Virus record (IMG/VR): IMGVR_UViG_3300032087_005679
Location: 1 to 64,000 of that record
Direction: 5' to 3' (one strand)
Source: a virus
Length of the DNA stretch: 64,000 bases
Both the position numbers and the translations under genes were made by a program. Of the stretch, positions 7,538-18,200 are shown one piece after another. The notes beneath the pieces are model-generated. The model was given only the letters and a program-made list of their open reading frames with translations. It had not been told where the DNA came from and did not search any database. Position 1 is the first letter of the stretch; each line of letters begins with the position of its first letter.

Positions 7538-10500
7538 TTATGTTTGACCACCAATATTTTGACCATTAACTTTGACTCTAAAATTTAATTTCAGGTCAAA
7601 CTTTTTGCCTGTATCTTTGGAAGTTAGTCTAACAATTATTGTTTCATTTTCTAGAGGCTGACCTAGGCTTGAACCCAAACTACGTTCTCCATATATCCCA
7701 TCATCTCTTTGGCGGATCAAAGGAAAAGTTTGAATATTAGAAGGTTCAATCTTTATATATCTTGCTAAATTTTTAGTTGGTTTCTTAGTAGATATTCTTT
7801 TTGGCTCAACTCTCTCGATTTCTGGTACTAATAATCCCTTCTCAAGGTGTAATTTTATTCTAAATATTTGACTTGGATTTGATACGTTTCCGTGACGATC
7901 GGTAACCGTCACTGTATAAAAGTAGTCAACGTTTGGCTGAATATTGTTTTGAACGTCATAACACCTGACATACTCTGCTTCTATCTCATTGCGTAAGGTC
8001 TCTTCAAAATCTGTTGAATATCTGAAGACGTTTGCAGTTTCATTACTGAATGATCTGTATAAGTCTTTGTGACTTTCAACATTTAGATCCATTTGAGTTG
8101 TTCGGTATATTGTTATGTTCCTAACATCACTAAGAGTTTCGTTTGCGAACTCTAAAGTTCCTGGTTGAAGATTGTAGTTAGTAAACTCTTTTTGATAGTT
8201 ATATAATTCATCGATCCTATCTTGATCGCTCCCTAGATTAATTACTTCTAGAGCATCTTCTCCCAAGTATGATCCAACTTGAGGATCTACATTAATCGAA
8301 ATTTGTCTTGAATTTCCAACATAAGGATAAAAACTAACTTCTGGAGGAGAAGGTGGGCGATCTAAAACTTTCACCGATGGGTAAAAGAATCCAGATGGTG
8401 TACCTGGTAGAAACCTAACTTGTCTATAAAATTCTTTCTCATACAAAGGAATTTCATAAATCATAGCATTCTGTTCTTCTTCAACGTAGAATTGAAAATT
8501 TATTTTTGTTCTTTCCTGTAGTCCTGATCTGTTTAGATACCAGTCCAAAGCATTATCACAGTATTCCTTTGTTCCTATCGGTAACAAATTTCTTATCAAT
8601 GTCGTATCCAGCAATGGAGCGATTGCAGAAATCTTATATTTTGTCCCGTAGACAAGCCGATATTCATAAAGACTGTATTGATATTCTTTGCCATAAAGTA
8701 TCTGTGTATCGATATATGAACTTACCAGAGGTGCAACCTGCGATGATGGAGCGTTACCAATCACGATGTTTTGAATTGTTGCAGTGCTATTATCGTTCCT
8801 TTTCTCTATTCTATAACCCAATACTTCACTTGGTGTTATATATTCTGGATTTGTCAGGATAGAATTATATGCAAGCTCTGAATACTCTTCCGCTCTTCTA
8901 ATTGCAGCGTTCTCAACGTTTCTTAGTCTTTGCGCCTGGGTTGTGCTTAGGCGACCAGCAAAAGGCTCGTCTTTACTTACAGGTCCGCCCGGTGTTTGTA
9001 ATGGTTTGTTTTCCATCAAGACCAAAGAAGAGTTCAAATTTATATTTGCAGATTTCTGGAAGAATTCACCTAAATCAAAAGTTGTTACTGGAAGGTCTAA
9101 TCCTCTTGGTTGTGCGCCAGTACTAGTAGAAGATTCTTTCTGCTCCCCAGCGCTGTCACCCTCAGTTGCGATATAAGTTGTAATAAACTCTTTAACTGAT
9201 CGATTTGAGATTTCTGATCTCGCATCAAAATCTACTACCAATGACATCAAAGGGCTACTTATGTTATTTTCCCACAATTCATAACCTATTTCTCCAGGCT
9301 CTTCTCTGGTGAAAGAAATTTCTGCAAACATTGGATTTGTATATCTGTTTCTAGACGTTTCTGAAAAAACACCATATTCGCTTGATGGAATTACTAGGTT
9401 GGCGCATAGATTTGATATTTGAGAATTAGTTTCTAAACTAAACTCTCTTATACCATCTACATTATTAGAAACCACGCTACCATAGGAGTTAAAATATTCT
9501 GGTATTAGAGAGCCTCTAGACAGAGCAAAATTATTACCAATTCTTCTATCTAAGGTAACAGCAGTTTCATATCTTCTCAATAGATTTTCTGGTATGCTTC
9601 TATCGGGGGAACTGTATAGGTTTTTGACATAAGCATTAGGCAGTGAATTAACAGCACGTACACGATCTTCCTGGTTAATTACAGAACTTGAAACACCTAA
9701 TTCATATTCTTTATAGTAATAATTATATACGCTAGATGCCTTGGCTTCATACCCAAACTGCTCTACATCACCTTGTCTTCCTGTTAGATATTGATTTGTT
9801 GCCTGGGTTGTAGTGTATGGTGTTTCTAGTATAAGATTTAAATATTCATACAAGTTGTTGTTCTGGATGTCACTTGATAAAAGTGCTTCACGCACTAAGT
9901 TTTGTCTATCTTGAGGTATACTTTTTATTATAGAAACAGACAAGACATACAGATAAAAGTTAGACAACAAAGCCAAACTAGAAAACTGAACTGATCCATT
10001 ATCTGGAAATAGTCTAGAAAATTTATCCTCGGTCAGTGTTGATATGTTTGAGACCCTACTGGACAGGTCCAGTATCATTTCTCTTACATTCCTGAAGCTT
10101 CCTATATAATTCATCCTGCGCTCAGCGCCATTCGGTATTCCTTGAATGTAGAGCAAACTAAACTCATTTTCATTTTCAAAAATTACTCTGCTTATGTTTT
10201 CTCCTTCAGGATCATTTGAAAAGCTTTCAATAATTCTATAAGCAAAATCAAAATTTTCTTGTGTTTCGTTTGTCAATTCTCCCAATCGAAAGGATTCAAA
10301 ATAAGATCCGATATAACCACCCATTGTAGATGCATCTTCAGTAATCATTCGTGCATCCGTAATGATTTTTTCTATCATCTCCGCCGAAAAACTAGCGAGA
10401 GTACCGTTTTCATCTAGGTAAACATAATTGTTCTGGGCTGCATATTGACGCCCTAACATCTCCTGGGTGAGGGTGCTTCCATTGCCATACCTTAATTGAT

Positions 10501-10828
10501 CTTGAGAAGATGATATAAAATTCATCAAATCAAAAGAATCAGTTGGTGGATAGCTTGGATCTTCTGGACCAGGTGAACCACCAGCATTCCAAACAATGTG
10601 TGGCAATAGGTTTTGCATCTCTCCAAAATTAGGGATAAGTTCTCTTGCGTTACTAACATATAGTCTAGGATCAGAGAGCACTAAATCCGAACTAAATTCC
10701 GATGAGCCAGCAGCGCCACGCATCATAAGACTATAATCAAACATGTTCGTCTGTTTGTAATAAGTATGGAGAGGGTCTTGTCTTCTAGTATTAGGGTTAT
10801 TGCGAATATTTATAAGTCTTCTAGTCAT
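7538..10828 (-). CDS. Large hypothetical virion protein with FN3-like beta-sandwich motifs in the C-terminal half
   Basis: 1096-aa ORF; YIDTQILYGKEYQY and IQPNVDYFYTVTVTDRHGNVSNPS resemble FN3 strands; baseplate context. Confidence 0.55.
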   Translation of the reverse strand: MTRRLINIRNNPNTRRQDPLHTYYKQTNMFDYSLMMRGAAGSSEFSSDLVLSDPRLYVSNARELIPNFGEMQNLLPHIVWNAGGSPGPEDPSYPPTDSFDLMNFISSSQDQLRYGNGSTLTQEMLGRQYAAQNNYVYLDENGTLASFSAEMIEKIITDARMITEDASTMGGYIGSYFESFRLGELTNETQENFDFAYRIIESFSNDPEGENISRVIFENENEFSLLYIQGIPNGAERRMNYIGSFRNVREMILDLSSRVSNISTLTEDKFSRLFPDNGSVQFSSLALLSNFYLYVLSVSIIKSIPQDRQNLVREALLSSDIQNNNLYEYLNLILETPYTTTQATNQYLTGRQGDVEQFGYEAKASSVYNYYYKEYELGVSSSVINQEDRVRAVNSLPNAYVKNLYSSPDRSIPENLLRRYETAVTLDRRIGNNFALSRGSLIPEYFNSYGSVVSNNVDGIREFSLETNSQISNLCANLVIPSSEYGVFSETSRNRYTNPMFAEISFTREEPGEIGYELWENNISSPLMSLVVDFDARSEISNRSVKEFITTYIATEGDSAGEQKESSTSTGAQPRGLDLPVTTFDLGEFFQKSANINLNSSLVLMENKPLQTPGGPVSKDEPFAGRLSTTQAQRLRNVENAAIRRAEEYSELAYNSILTNPEYITPSEVLGYRIEKRNDNSTATIQNIVIGNAPSSQVAPLVSSYIDTQILYGKEYQYSLYEYRLVYGTKYKISAIAPLLDTTLIRNLLPIGTKEYCDNALDWYLNRSGLQERTKINFQFYVEEEQNAMIYEIPLYEKEFYRQVRFLPGTPSGFFYPSVKVLDRPPSPPEVSFYPYVGNSRQISINVDPQVGSYLGEDALEVINLGSDQDRIDELYNYQKEFTNYNLQPGTLEFANETLSDVRNITIYRTTQMDLNVESHKDLYRSFSNETANVFRYSTDFEETLRNEIEAEYVRCYDVQNNIQPNVDYFYTVTVTDRHGNVSNPSQIFRIKLHLEKGLLVPEIERVEPKRISTKKPTKNLARYIKIEPSNIQTFPLIRQRDDGIYGERSLGSSLGQPLENETIIVRLTSKDTGKKFDLKLNFRVKVNGQNIGGQT

Positions 10829-10831
10829 CTA

Positions 10832-13800
10832 CTAATAACCTCTATTTCCCTGAAATTCGTTGAAAACATTCATATTATCTGAAACGCTTGTATTTCTGCT
10901 GCTTTCCGAGGAAGATCTTCCAGAAAAGTTCCAAGTGTTTCCTTCAGTGTTGTCATCTATCACACTTTGAGATATAATTTGTTCTTCGTCGCTTTCTTGT
11001 CCCTGCCCCAAATAAAAGTACTGATCATATATAGGCATAGAGAAAGAACTATTTAGTTCAAAAAATTCTGACACCTCTAAGCGATTGTCTGGGGTGATAA
11101 AATCACCAAACATGTCAACAAAATTATTAGGCTCTAGTTTTCTAACCCTACACAAGATTTTACCCCTGAACTCTCCGCTATTGACATAAGACATAACCTC
11201 TGATGTCATCTTTCTCCACTTGGTTAGACCAAGCTTTCTTGTGGTTGTGTATGGGACAACACCATTTGGATATGTTTCATCTGTTACTACAAGCGCACCA
11301 AAAGAATCAAGATATTCTACACAAGCTATATCTTTGTAGTTCATCCAAAATGTAAAAAAGTTTGTGAAAGACTTCATAGGATCATTTACCATTTTATATG
11401 GAGAACCTTCAGGGTCATCTGAAGCTACACTTACAAGGTCTGTCTTTGATGTGCTTGAACCTTCTGCTTTTATTTTTGGTCTACATGGCTCCAGGGAAGG
11501 TCCTGTTGATCCCTCAGTCAAAGGTAGAGATTCAGAAGTTGAAGTAATGGCTAGTAGATTCTTAATTTGGTTCGGAAGATTTACAATTGGGTCTGCCGCA
11601 AGCATTTCAGAAACATTCAATTCATTTATCCCAAGAACTTTTCTTAAACTAGTCATGGAATTATAGGACTTATTTTCCTTGGTATTGATGTATGTTTCAG
11701 AGGATGTTTCTAGCTTACCAAGTAATGACATAGATATATTCAATGGCTCATCATTTCTTTGTGACAGTGTAGACAAAGACAGCAAGCTGGGAGATATCTC
11801 TAGTTTATCTTTTTCCTTGATGGCTGTTTCAATCCTATCAATATATGACTGAGAGTCTAGCGACCCAAGACCGCCGACGATCGTTGCTATTAATGGAAGA
11901 CCTTTTGTCTGACCGCATTTTTCTTGGTCTGAGGTCGTAAAGGTAGTATCCATAGTTGGACCAGTCTTGACCCTCATGGTCGGAAAATCTAAAGACCTTC
12001 TTTTCGTAAAGGTGACACCATGTTTCTGCATCAACATTGTTGAAGAATTAGAAAACAATCTATTACTTTTAGTTTGTTGATCCACCATTCCAGACAAATT
12101 TGGGTAGTTCTGACCATTGTTGTCTACCTTATAGTTTATGTTTACCAAATCATTGAATAGTAATCCATATCTATCCAGGTCATATTCAACTGTTGTGTTG
12201 TTAGTTTTTGCAAAACTAGTTTGAACTATGTTTTCTCTATTGGGGGTAGATATAACAGCAGGCGTAAAATATGCATAAGATGAATCCGAGAAAGAACCCG
12301 ATGGTGCCTGATCTCCTGTTGTTCCAGGGGATTGGAAATATTTTCTAAATTCGCTTGTTCTATGATTGTCATACTCTATTGTTGAAATAAAGCCAAAACT
12401 ATTATCTTGCAAAGAAGTTGGCACATATGTGATACCAAGGTTTTTATTTTTACCAACTTCTACAGTGTCTGTAAAGATATGATTTATTGTGCTTATCGTA
12501 TTTCTAAAAGTCCCCAAACTCCCTCTATCTGGTGACTTCTTTACCATGTCTTGGTTGTGTCCGTAAGGATTGTTAGGATATGTTTTTTGTAGTTTTTTTT
12601 CAATAAAATCAACGCCTGACTGAACCAGTTTCATGAAGTTTTCAAACAAAGACACATTAACTCTGCCAAGTCTTTTGTCCATTTCTCTGATGTATACAGA
12701 AACAAAATCTACTTCTTCTTTTGTGTTGTTAAAGTAATTTATAATTTTGTTATATTCTGTTACCAGTTTTGCCATAACGTCATAAACACTATCTGGACTA
12801 TTCTCATCTAGGTAGATCTGCCTAAGACCAGTAGAAATTATACCGTTATTTGAAACAGTAATACCCTCTGTATTCACAATGAATTGATAAATTTTATTTG
12901 TTTGACTCTTTATATCAAGAAATCTATTGCCGATGTTTCTCAATAATTTACAAGATCCATCATAAAATGTAATCTCAACTTCATATCTAAAGTTACCTGC
13001 TATTTGATTGTTCTTTTCTAAGTCAGTATTGAAAGTGTCAACAACTTCGAAGAATTGTATTGAATTATTATCATTGTCTGTATTTCTTAGTGTGACATCT
13101 GTTGTTTTAACTTTAGCTAAAGGTATTCTTGGGAAAGTATCATTAGGACCAATCAGAGAGTTCCTTGACGAAGTACCAAGAGAGTTGCTTGTTCCAAAGC
13201 CTGTTGTAGAGCATGATCTTCTATAAACCACTATATTCTCAATGGACGATAGAGTGCTTGGAGACAAAGGTGTGCCACCAGATATCATCATTTGTAGCAA
13301 CTCTTTGTTTTCATATAATCCAGGGTGTGAACTATTGTCTGAAAAATAAGAAGCAAGATCTACAGCAAATAAAAGTTTATTGTTATTGTTTCTATCTCTA
13401 TTAACCCATAGGGTAGAGAAATAATTTGAACTGCTTATTATTTTTCGAACATCGTTTTTTCTTGTACCAGAAGAACCAAAAACTTTGTCTCTAGGCGAGA
13501 TATAATCTTCCACATTCAAGAAATCTGCTGTTGACAAGCTTGTTTCGTCAGATAGAGATAGAATATTACTATCCAAATTTAGTTGTATATTCTCTACAGT
13601 CGGTCCAGTTTTTACCTTGTTGATTGATATCGGAGCATAGAATGTCTTTTCACCAACCAGACAAACACTGTCAACGTATGACATTCCTGTTGTTATTGAA
13701 AAATCCATGCCTATTTTTCTGTTTGAGAAACCAGGGCGGTAAACATAAAGATAAAGAGACAAATTCTTATAATCAATTTTAGAATTATCAAAACCTAGAG

Positions 13801-14332
13801 AAATTTCTTTTAGATTTATTATTTCTGATCCCGAACTTGCTATATTCTTTTCGACATTTCCTGACGAATCCCTAGGGACTGCTTCTGACAGTGGGACATC
13901 GTAAAGCATTACTCCGTTTGGCAAGTTAGCGTCGGCTCCTATTTTTGTGTATCTCCTTCTAAACACAGGAGCAGTCAAATTTGAATTACTAGCGAAAGGA
14001 CTTAGGAACGAGTTATTGGACAATATGTTATTATTTCCAAGAGATTTGGCAATAAATTTATTGTAATTGTATACATTTACAAGACTTCGATACTGTTGGT
14101 CGGAATGAAATTCATTATATCTTTGTGAAATATAGTCAAGGCTTTTAGCAGTATCTTTCGAAAAACAAACAATCATCCTCACTCTATTTTTTGATATTTG
14201 CTCTTCCAGAGTAGTCAAATAGTTTGATGAAATTGTAATGTTTGATAAAACACTCATTACACTAGAAACACTATCATTATTTGCTACTACAGAAACATCT
14301 TCTATTTTAATATTTTTTATTATGCCAATCAT
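10832..14332 (-). CDS. Large hypothetical protein, probably structural
   Basis: 1166-aa ORF in the structural block; no catalytic motif recognised. Confidence 0.5.
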   Translation of the reverse strand: MIGIIKNIKIEDVSVVANNDSVSSVMSVLSNITISSNYLTTLEEQISKNRVRMIVCFSKDTAKSLDYISQRYNEFHSDQQYRSLVNVYNYNKFIAKSLGNNNILSNNSFLSPFASNSNLTAPVFRRRYTKIGADANLPNGVMLYDVPLSEAVPRDSSGNVEKNIASSGSEIINLKEISLGFDNSKIDYKNLSLYLYVYRPGFSNRKIGMDFSITTGMSYVDSVCLVGEKTFYAPISINKVKTGPTVENIQLNLDSNILSLSDETSLSTADFLNVEDYISPRDKVFGSSGTRKNDVRKIISSSNYFSTLWVNRDRNNNNKLLFAVDLASYFSDNSSHPGLYENKELLQMMISGGTPLSPSTLSSIENIVVYRRSCSTTGFGTSNSLGTSSRNSLIGPNDTFPRIPLAKVKTTDVTLRNTDNDNNSIQFFEVVDTFNTDLEKNNQIAGNFRYEVEITFYDGSCKLLRNIGNRFLDIKSQTNKIYQFIVNTEGITVSNNGIISTGLRQIYLDENSPDSVYDVMAKLVTEYNKIINYFNNTKEEVDFVSVYIREMDKRLGRVNVSLFENFMKLVQSGVDFIEKKLQKTYPNNPYGHNQDMVKKSPDRGSLGTFRNTISTINHIFTDTVEVGKNKNLGITYVPTSLQDNSFGFISTIEYDNHRTSEFRKYFQSPGTTGDQAPSGSFSDSSYAYFTPAVISTPNRENIVQTSFAKTNNTTVEYDLDRYGLLFNDLVNINYKVDNNGQNYPNLSGMVDQQTKSNRLFSNSSTMLMQKHGVTFTKRRSLDFPTMRVKTGPTMDTTFTTSDQEKCGQTKGLPLIATIVGGLGSLDSQSYIDRIETAIKEKDKLEISPSLLSLSTLSQRNDEPLNISMSLLGKLETSSETYINTKENKSYNSMTSLRKVLGINELNVSEMLAADPIVNLPNQIKNLLAITSTSESLPLTEGSTGPSLEPCRPKIKAEGSSTSKTDLVSVASDDPEGSPYKMVNDPMKSFTNFFTFWMNYKDIACVEYLDSFGALVVTDETYPNGVVPYTTTRKLGLTKWRKMTSEVMSYVNSGEFRGKILCRVRKLEPNNFVDMFGDFITPDNRLEVSEFFELNSSFSMPIYDQYFYLGQGQESDEEQIISQSVIDDNTEGNTWNFSGRSSSESSRNTSVSDNMNVFNEFQGNRGY

Positions 14333-14335
14333 CTA

Positions 14336-15265
14336 CTATCTCCCCTCTCTCGATGAGACTTCATCAACGATATCACATATATCAGCAGGACTACTTTGGT
14401 CTGAACCTCTGTAGGTTGAAGATGTTCTTCCTTCTATTGGATCTGTTATTTCATTATCAACTGAGATGTTTAAGTAAAATTCTACAAACGTATGATCTAT
14501 CACAGGAAAGTTGGATCTTATTTCTTCATTGTTGCCTCTAATGTTTTCAGATAATTCTAGCGGATTTGCTGCTTGTTCCAAAAGATCAAACGAATTTGTT
14601 GATGCCTTATTTACAAACCCAAGAGGTCTAGTTCTAAAACCATTGCTCCTGCTCCCAGATATGAAAACTTCAACATCAAAGTTTCCGCCTCCATTGAATA
14701 TAGTATTGATTTCTTGGACGTCTAATAGTATTGAATTTGCCCCAAGAAGAGAATATGTTCTGTTTTCGCTTTCTGGTACATCAAAACTAAAATAATCTGT
14801 TTCAATTGTTGCGCTCATTTGAGGTACAGTGCCATTTGAAGTATATACCAAACCATCATTGAGTCCAATATCAGATTCAGTTGTTACATAGATTTCCCAA
14901 GCTGGTGCGTATGGAACCCAAGGACTACCTTTACCAAGAAACCTATAAAATGATGAATTCCATTCATTAGTTTCTAAAAACTTTCCGTCAGAGTCAAGAG
15001 TTTGACCTAGAGAGACGACAGGAGCAAGGCTGCTTGTAAATTTAGTAACTGGTTCCGTTGAAAGTGATCTTGTCTTTATCCTGCTAACTATACTATTTTG
15101 AGTTTCTGGAGCGGACCATTTTGCATAGCTGTTGTCATAAAGAACTGATTCATCATAAAAGGCATAATAAAACGGACTAAATTCTCCTTTGGAAAATTTG
15201 TCCCTGCCATAAGGAGTCAACTCTATTGAGATTACTTCTTCTTTTTGATTTAGAAACTTTACCAT
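14336..15265 (-). CDS. Virion tail/baseplate protein (N-terminus paralogous to 6445..7470)
   Basis: ELTPYGRDKFSKGEFSPFYYAFYDESVLYD; late-promoter-like motif 4 nt upstream. Confidence 0.6.
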   Translation of the reverse strand: MVKFLNQKEEVISIELTPYGRDKFSKGEFSPFYYAFYDESVLYDNSYAKWSAPETQNSIVSRIKTRSLSTEPVTKFTSSLAPVVSLGQTLDSDGKFLETNEWNSSFYRFLGKGSPWVPYAPAWEIYVTTESDIGLNDGLVYTSNGTVPQMSATIETDYFSFDVPESENRTYSLLGANSILLDVQEINTIFNGGGNFDVEVFISGSRSNGFRTRPLGFVNKASTNSFDLLEQAANPLELSENIRGNNEEIRSNFPVIDHTFVEFYLNISVDNEITDPIEGRTSSTYRGSDQSSPADICDIVDEVSSREGR

Positions 15266-15269
15266 GCTA

Positions 15270-15277
15270 TAATTATG
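15270..15277 (-). promoter_or_regulatory. Candidate phage late promoter CATAATTA (variant)
   Basis: Intergenic, exactly 4 nt before ATG 15265. Confidence 0.45.
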
Positions 15278-15288
15278 ATCCTGTCTAT

Positions 15289-18200
15289 TTATTCATTGTC
15301 GGAAAGCTTAACATTTTTAGCAATAGCTTCTATCTGGTTTACCAAACTTGTCTCCTGAGTGACTGTTAGAGAAGATCTGAGTTCCTCCTCTTGATATTCT
15401 TTATCAAGCTCAGGTCTAAATCCAACCTTTGCATTTATTTTTGCCAACTCAATCAAAGAACAATAATCATAAGGCCAGTTATAAGTTGGACTATCTAATG
15501 AATGTTTCTGTATGTAAACTTGTTTTGAGAACTCATCACGATCACCAAGGATTTTTTCTATCTCTTGTGTTGGAAGACCCTGAAGACTCATTAGCTCTTT
15601 AGAATTATCATACCCTAAAGCGTTTGGTCCATCAACTTCTTCAGCAATCAACTGCTCGTAACTAGTAATACCTCGTTGCTTCACCTTGAACACTAACCAT
15701 CTGATTTCTGGCACAAAACCATCAGAGCACTTTTCAGCTATATCTAATAGATCATATCGTGGGTGACCATCACGAACAACCCCAAGTTTGATTTGTTCTC
15801 TAAGAACCTCAGGGAATTGAGTTGTTTTTTCATCTATATTGTCCCCTGGCATATAATGATCTATCGCAGAATAACTAAAAGCTATCTTTCTTGATATGTC
15901 TGGCATTACATTTTGCCATATATCAGCCAAATCTTGTTTTGACAAAGAAACCTTGTGTTCCATCAAATACACAACAGGTGTTTGCAATAAGTCACTACCT
16001 TTTAAAGCTTCATCGTATTCATCTGGTCCAAATGGATTTATAACATCTGGAACCTGTGGGTAGCCTTTTGGAACTAGTCCTAACAACTTATATGACAATG
16101 AAGGTGGCAAAGAATACTTTGTAAAGTTTTTACGGAATTCTTTAATTTTTGGACCTAGCTTATTTGCGGGGGCTTGAACATTTACTAATCGAGGTGAGCC
16201 GGCATCATCCAAGTAGAATGGAAGCGCAAGTATTGCTTCTGAAATAGAATTTTCACCATCATCAGCAAGCTGTCCTAACCTCTTTGCTTTCTTGGGGTCG
16301 AAACCTTTTCTCATAATCTCTTTTGGGTCAAAACCACACAAGTCTGCAAGTGACTCAACAGTTCTGCCAGAATCAATCACATATTTTGGTGTTTTCTTGA
16401 CGTAGTGATACGATCCTGAGAAGTCTGTGTAGGGAACAGGCTTTGTCCCAGTTGTTACAAAAGATCTAGCAACAAGATCATATTCTTCATGCTCTCCTGT
16501 GGGAATATCTTTTATGTACAGATAGACACCATTATCTTCTTGAGGTTCAACTCCATATTGGTGCCACATTCCCTGTGTTGTTTGGGTATACTCCCCTGGT
16601 GTTACAGATGAAGAAAAGTCATAACTTGTATCACTTACAGGTCTATTTGGGAAATCTAAAATTGGACTTTCCCATTTTGTCATGATAGTCCACTTGTTTG
16701 GATCTGATGATTTATATTTGTTTCCATTGCCTGTTTCAAATTCATTATTGATGAATATAGATGCATCAATATCCATTCTGTTTAGCCACGCACGATTCCA
16801 TCCATATCCTGGCATAACGGAGGATGTAATCTCTGCCCCTGTTGAATCAACAAAAGACCCAGAACTTATATCGTAATAACTTCCACTCTCATTGATAAAA
16901 TCAACGAACACTTCCCCTCTGTCATTATTAATAATTTCATCCAAAGTATATTCTTCTTTAGTTCCGTTTGGCATAAATGTTATTCTCACTACAGACGGTC
17001 CATAGTAATATGGCGCAGTAAAGGGAGCGAACTCGCCACGGTGTCTAGGCCATGCGGGATGGTTTGGAACAAAACTACCACTAGCCTTTAGTGTATCCCA
17101 AGTGTTTATCTGAGCGTGTGTAAAAGTAGCTGGCCCAAAGGCATGTGGGTTGCTATACAAATTAAACTGATCTGTTTTTATTAGACCAATTTCCATCATA
17201 TATGCTGAGTTCGAATCAACTGAAACTTTTCTCTCTGGAGAACTAGCCTCTTGAGATCCCTTTGGAGCAGAGCCAAACTGAGATACAAATTTTGTTAGTT
17301 TTCCATCATGACCATATCTGTTGCTCTTATTTTTCAGGAAAAAGTGGGGGACATTAGCTAAGAAATTTGATATTGACTTTTTATAAAGAAAAGTATCTGT
17401 CAAAGCAGATGGCTCAATAGATGCGCTAGCATAAACATATTGCCAATAATCTGTACTATCATTTGAAATAATAGGTGAAAAAGATCCCGTAGAAAGATAG
17501 TTTTCTGGTGCTAAAATCGAATCAAATGGTAAACGGTCGCCATAAAACAAAGCTTTGTTTATAGTTCCTTCATCATCAGATCCAAAATTCATATTCTGCA
17601 ATCTTCTTGAATTGCTTGGCAGCAATCCATTACTAGCTATATTATCATCAAGTGCTAGGATCTCTTCATAAGTTAACGCATACAAGCCGCCATTATATAG
17701 CGGAGAACCCATCTTGGACAATTCCTTGTTAGTAAATCGATTAAATATCTCAGGATTTATTAGAGCCCAAGAAAGTGGATAGTCCCTATCTGCCCTTCTT
17801 ACTGGGTAATCAACAGCTACACCCGATTTAATTGAGTTATAAAGAATCCCAGGAGAAAAGAAGGGTCTCAACACTGTTCTCAATGCTCTTCTTTCGCCCG
17901 CATTAGTGCCCTCAAATTGAAAGGAGCTTGAGTATGATTCAGAAAAATGTGTTGCTATTTGAAGCGTTCTATTTACTGGGTAAAAGCCTTCGTATGGCAA
18001 CAGTTTAACAATCGCATCGCTGCTAATCTCAAACTGTCTAGGAAAATTATTGAAGATATAATTTTTATCTGATTTGTCAAATGACATAAAGTCTTCTAAA
18101 AATTGCATTTGATCTGTAGTTGCATATCGATCATAAAAGCCAGTACTGGTGCTGTCATATATGTCCCTGCTAGCACCTGTTAACTCTAGTGACGACTCAA

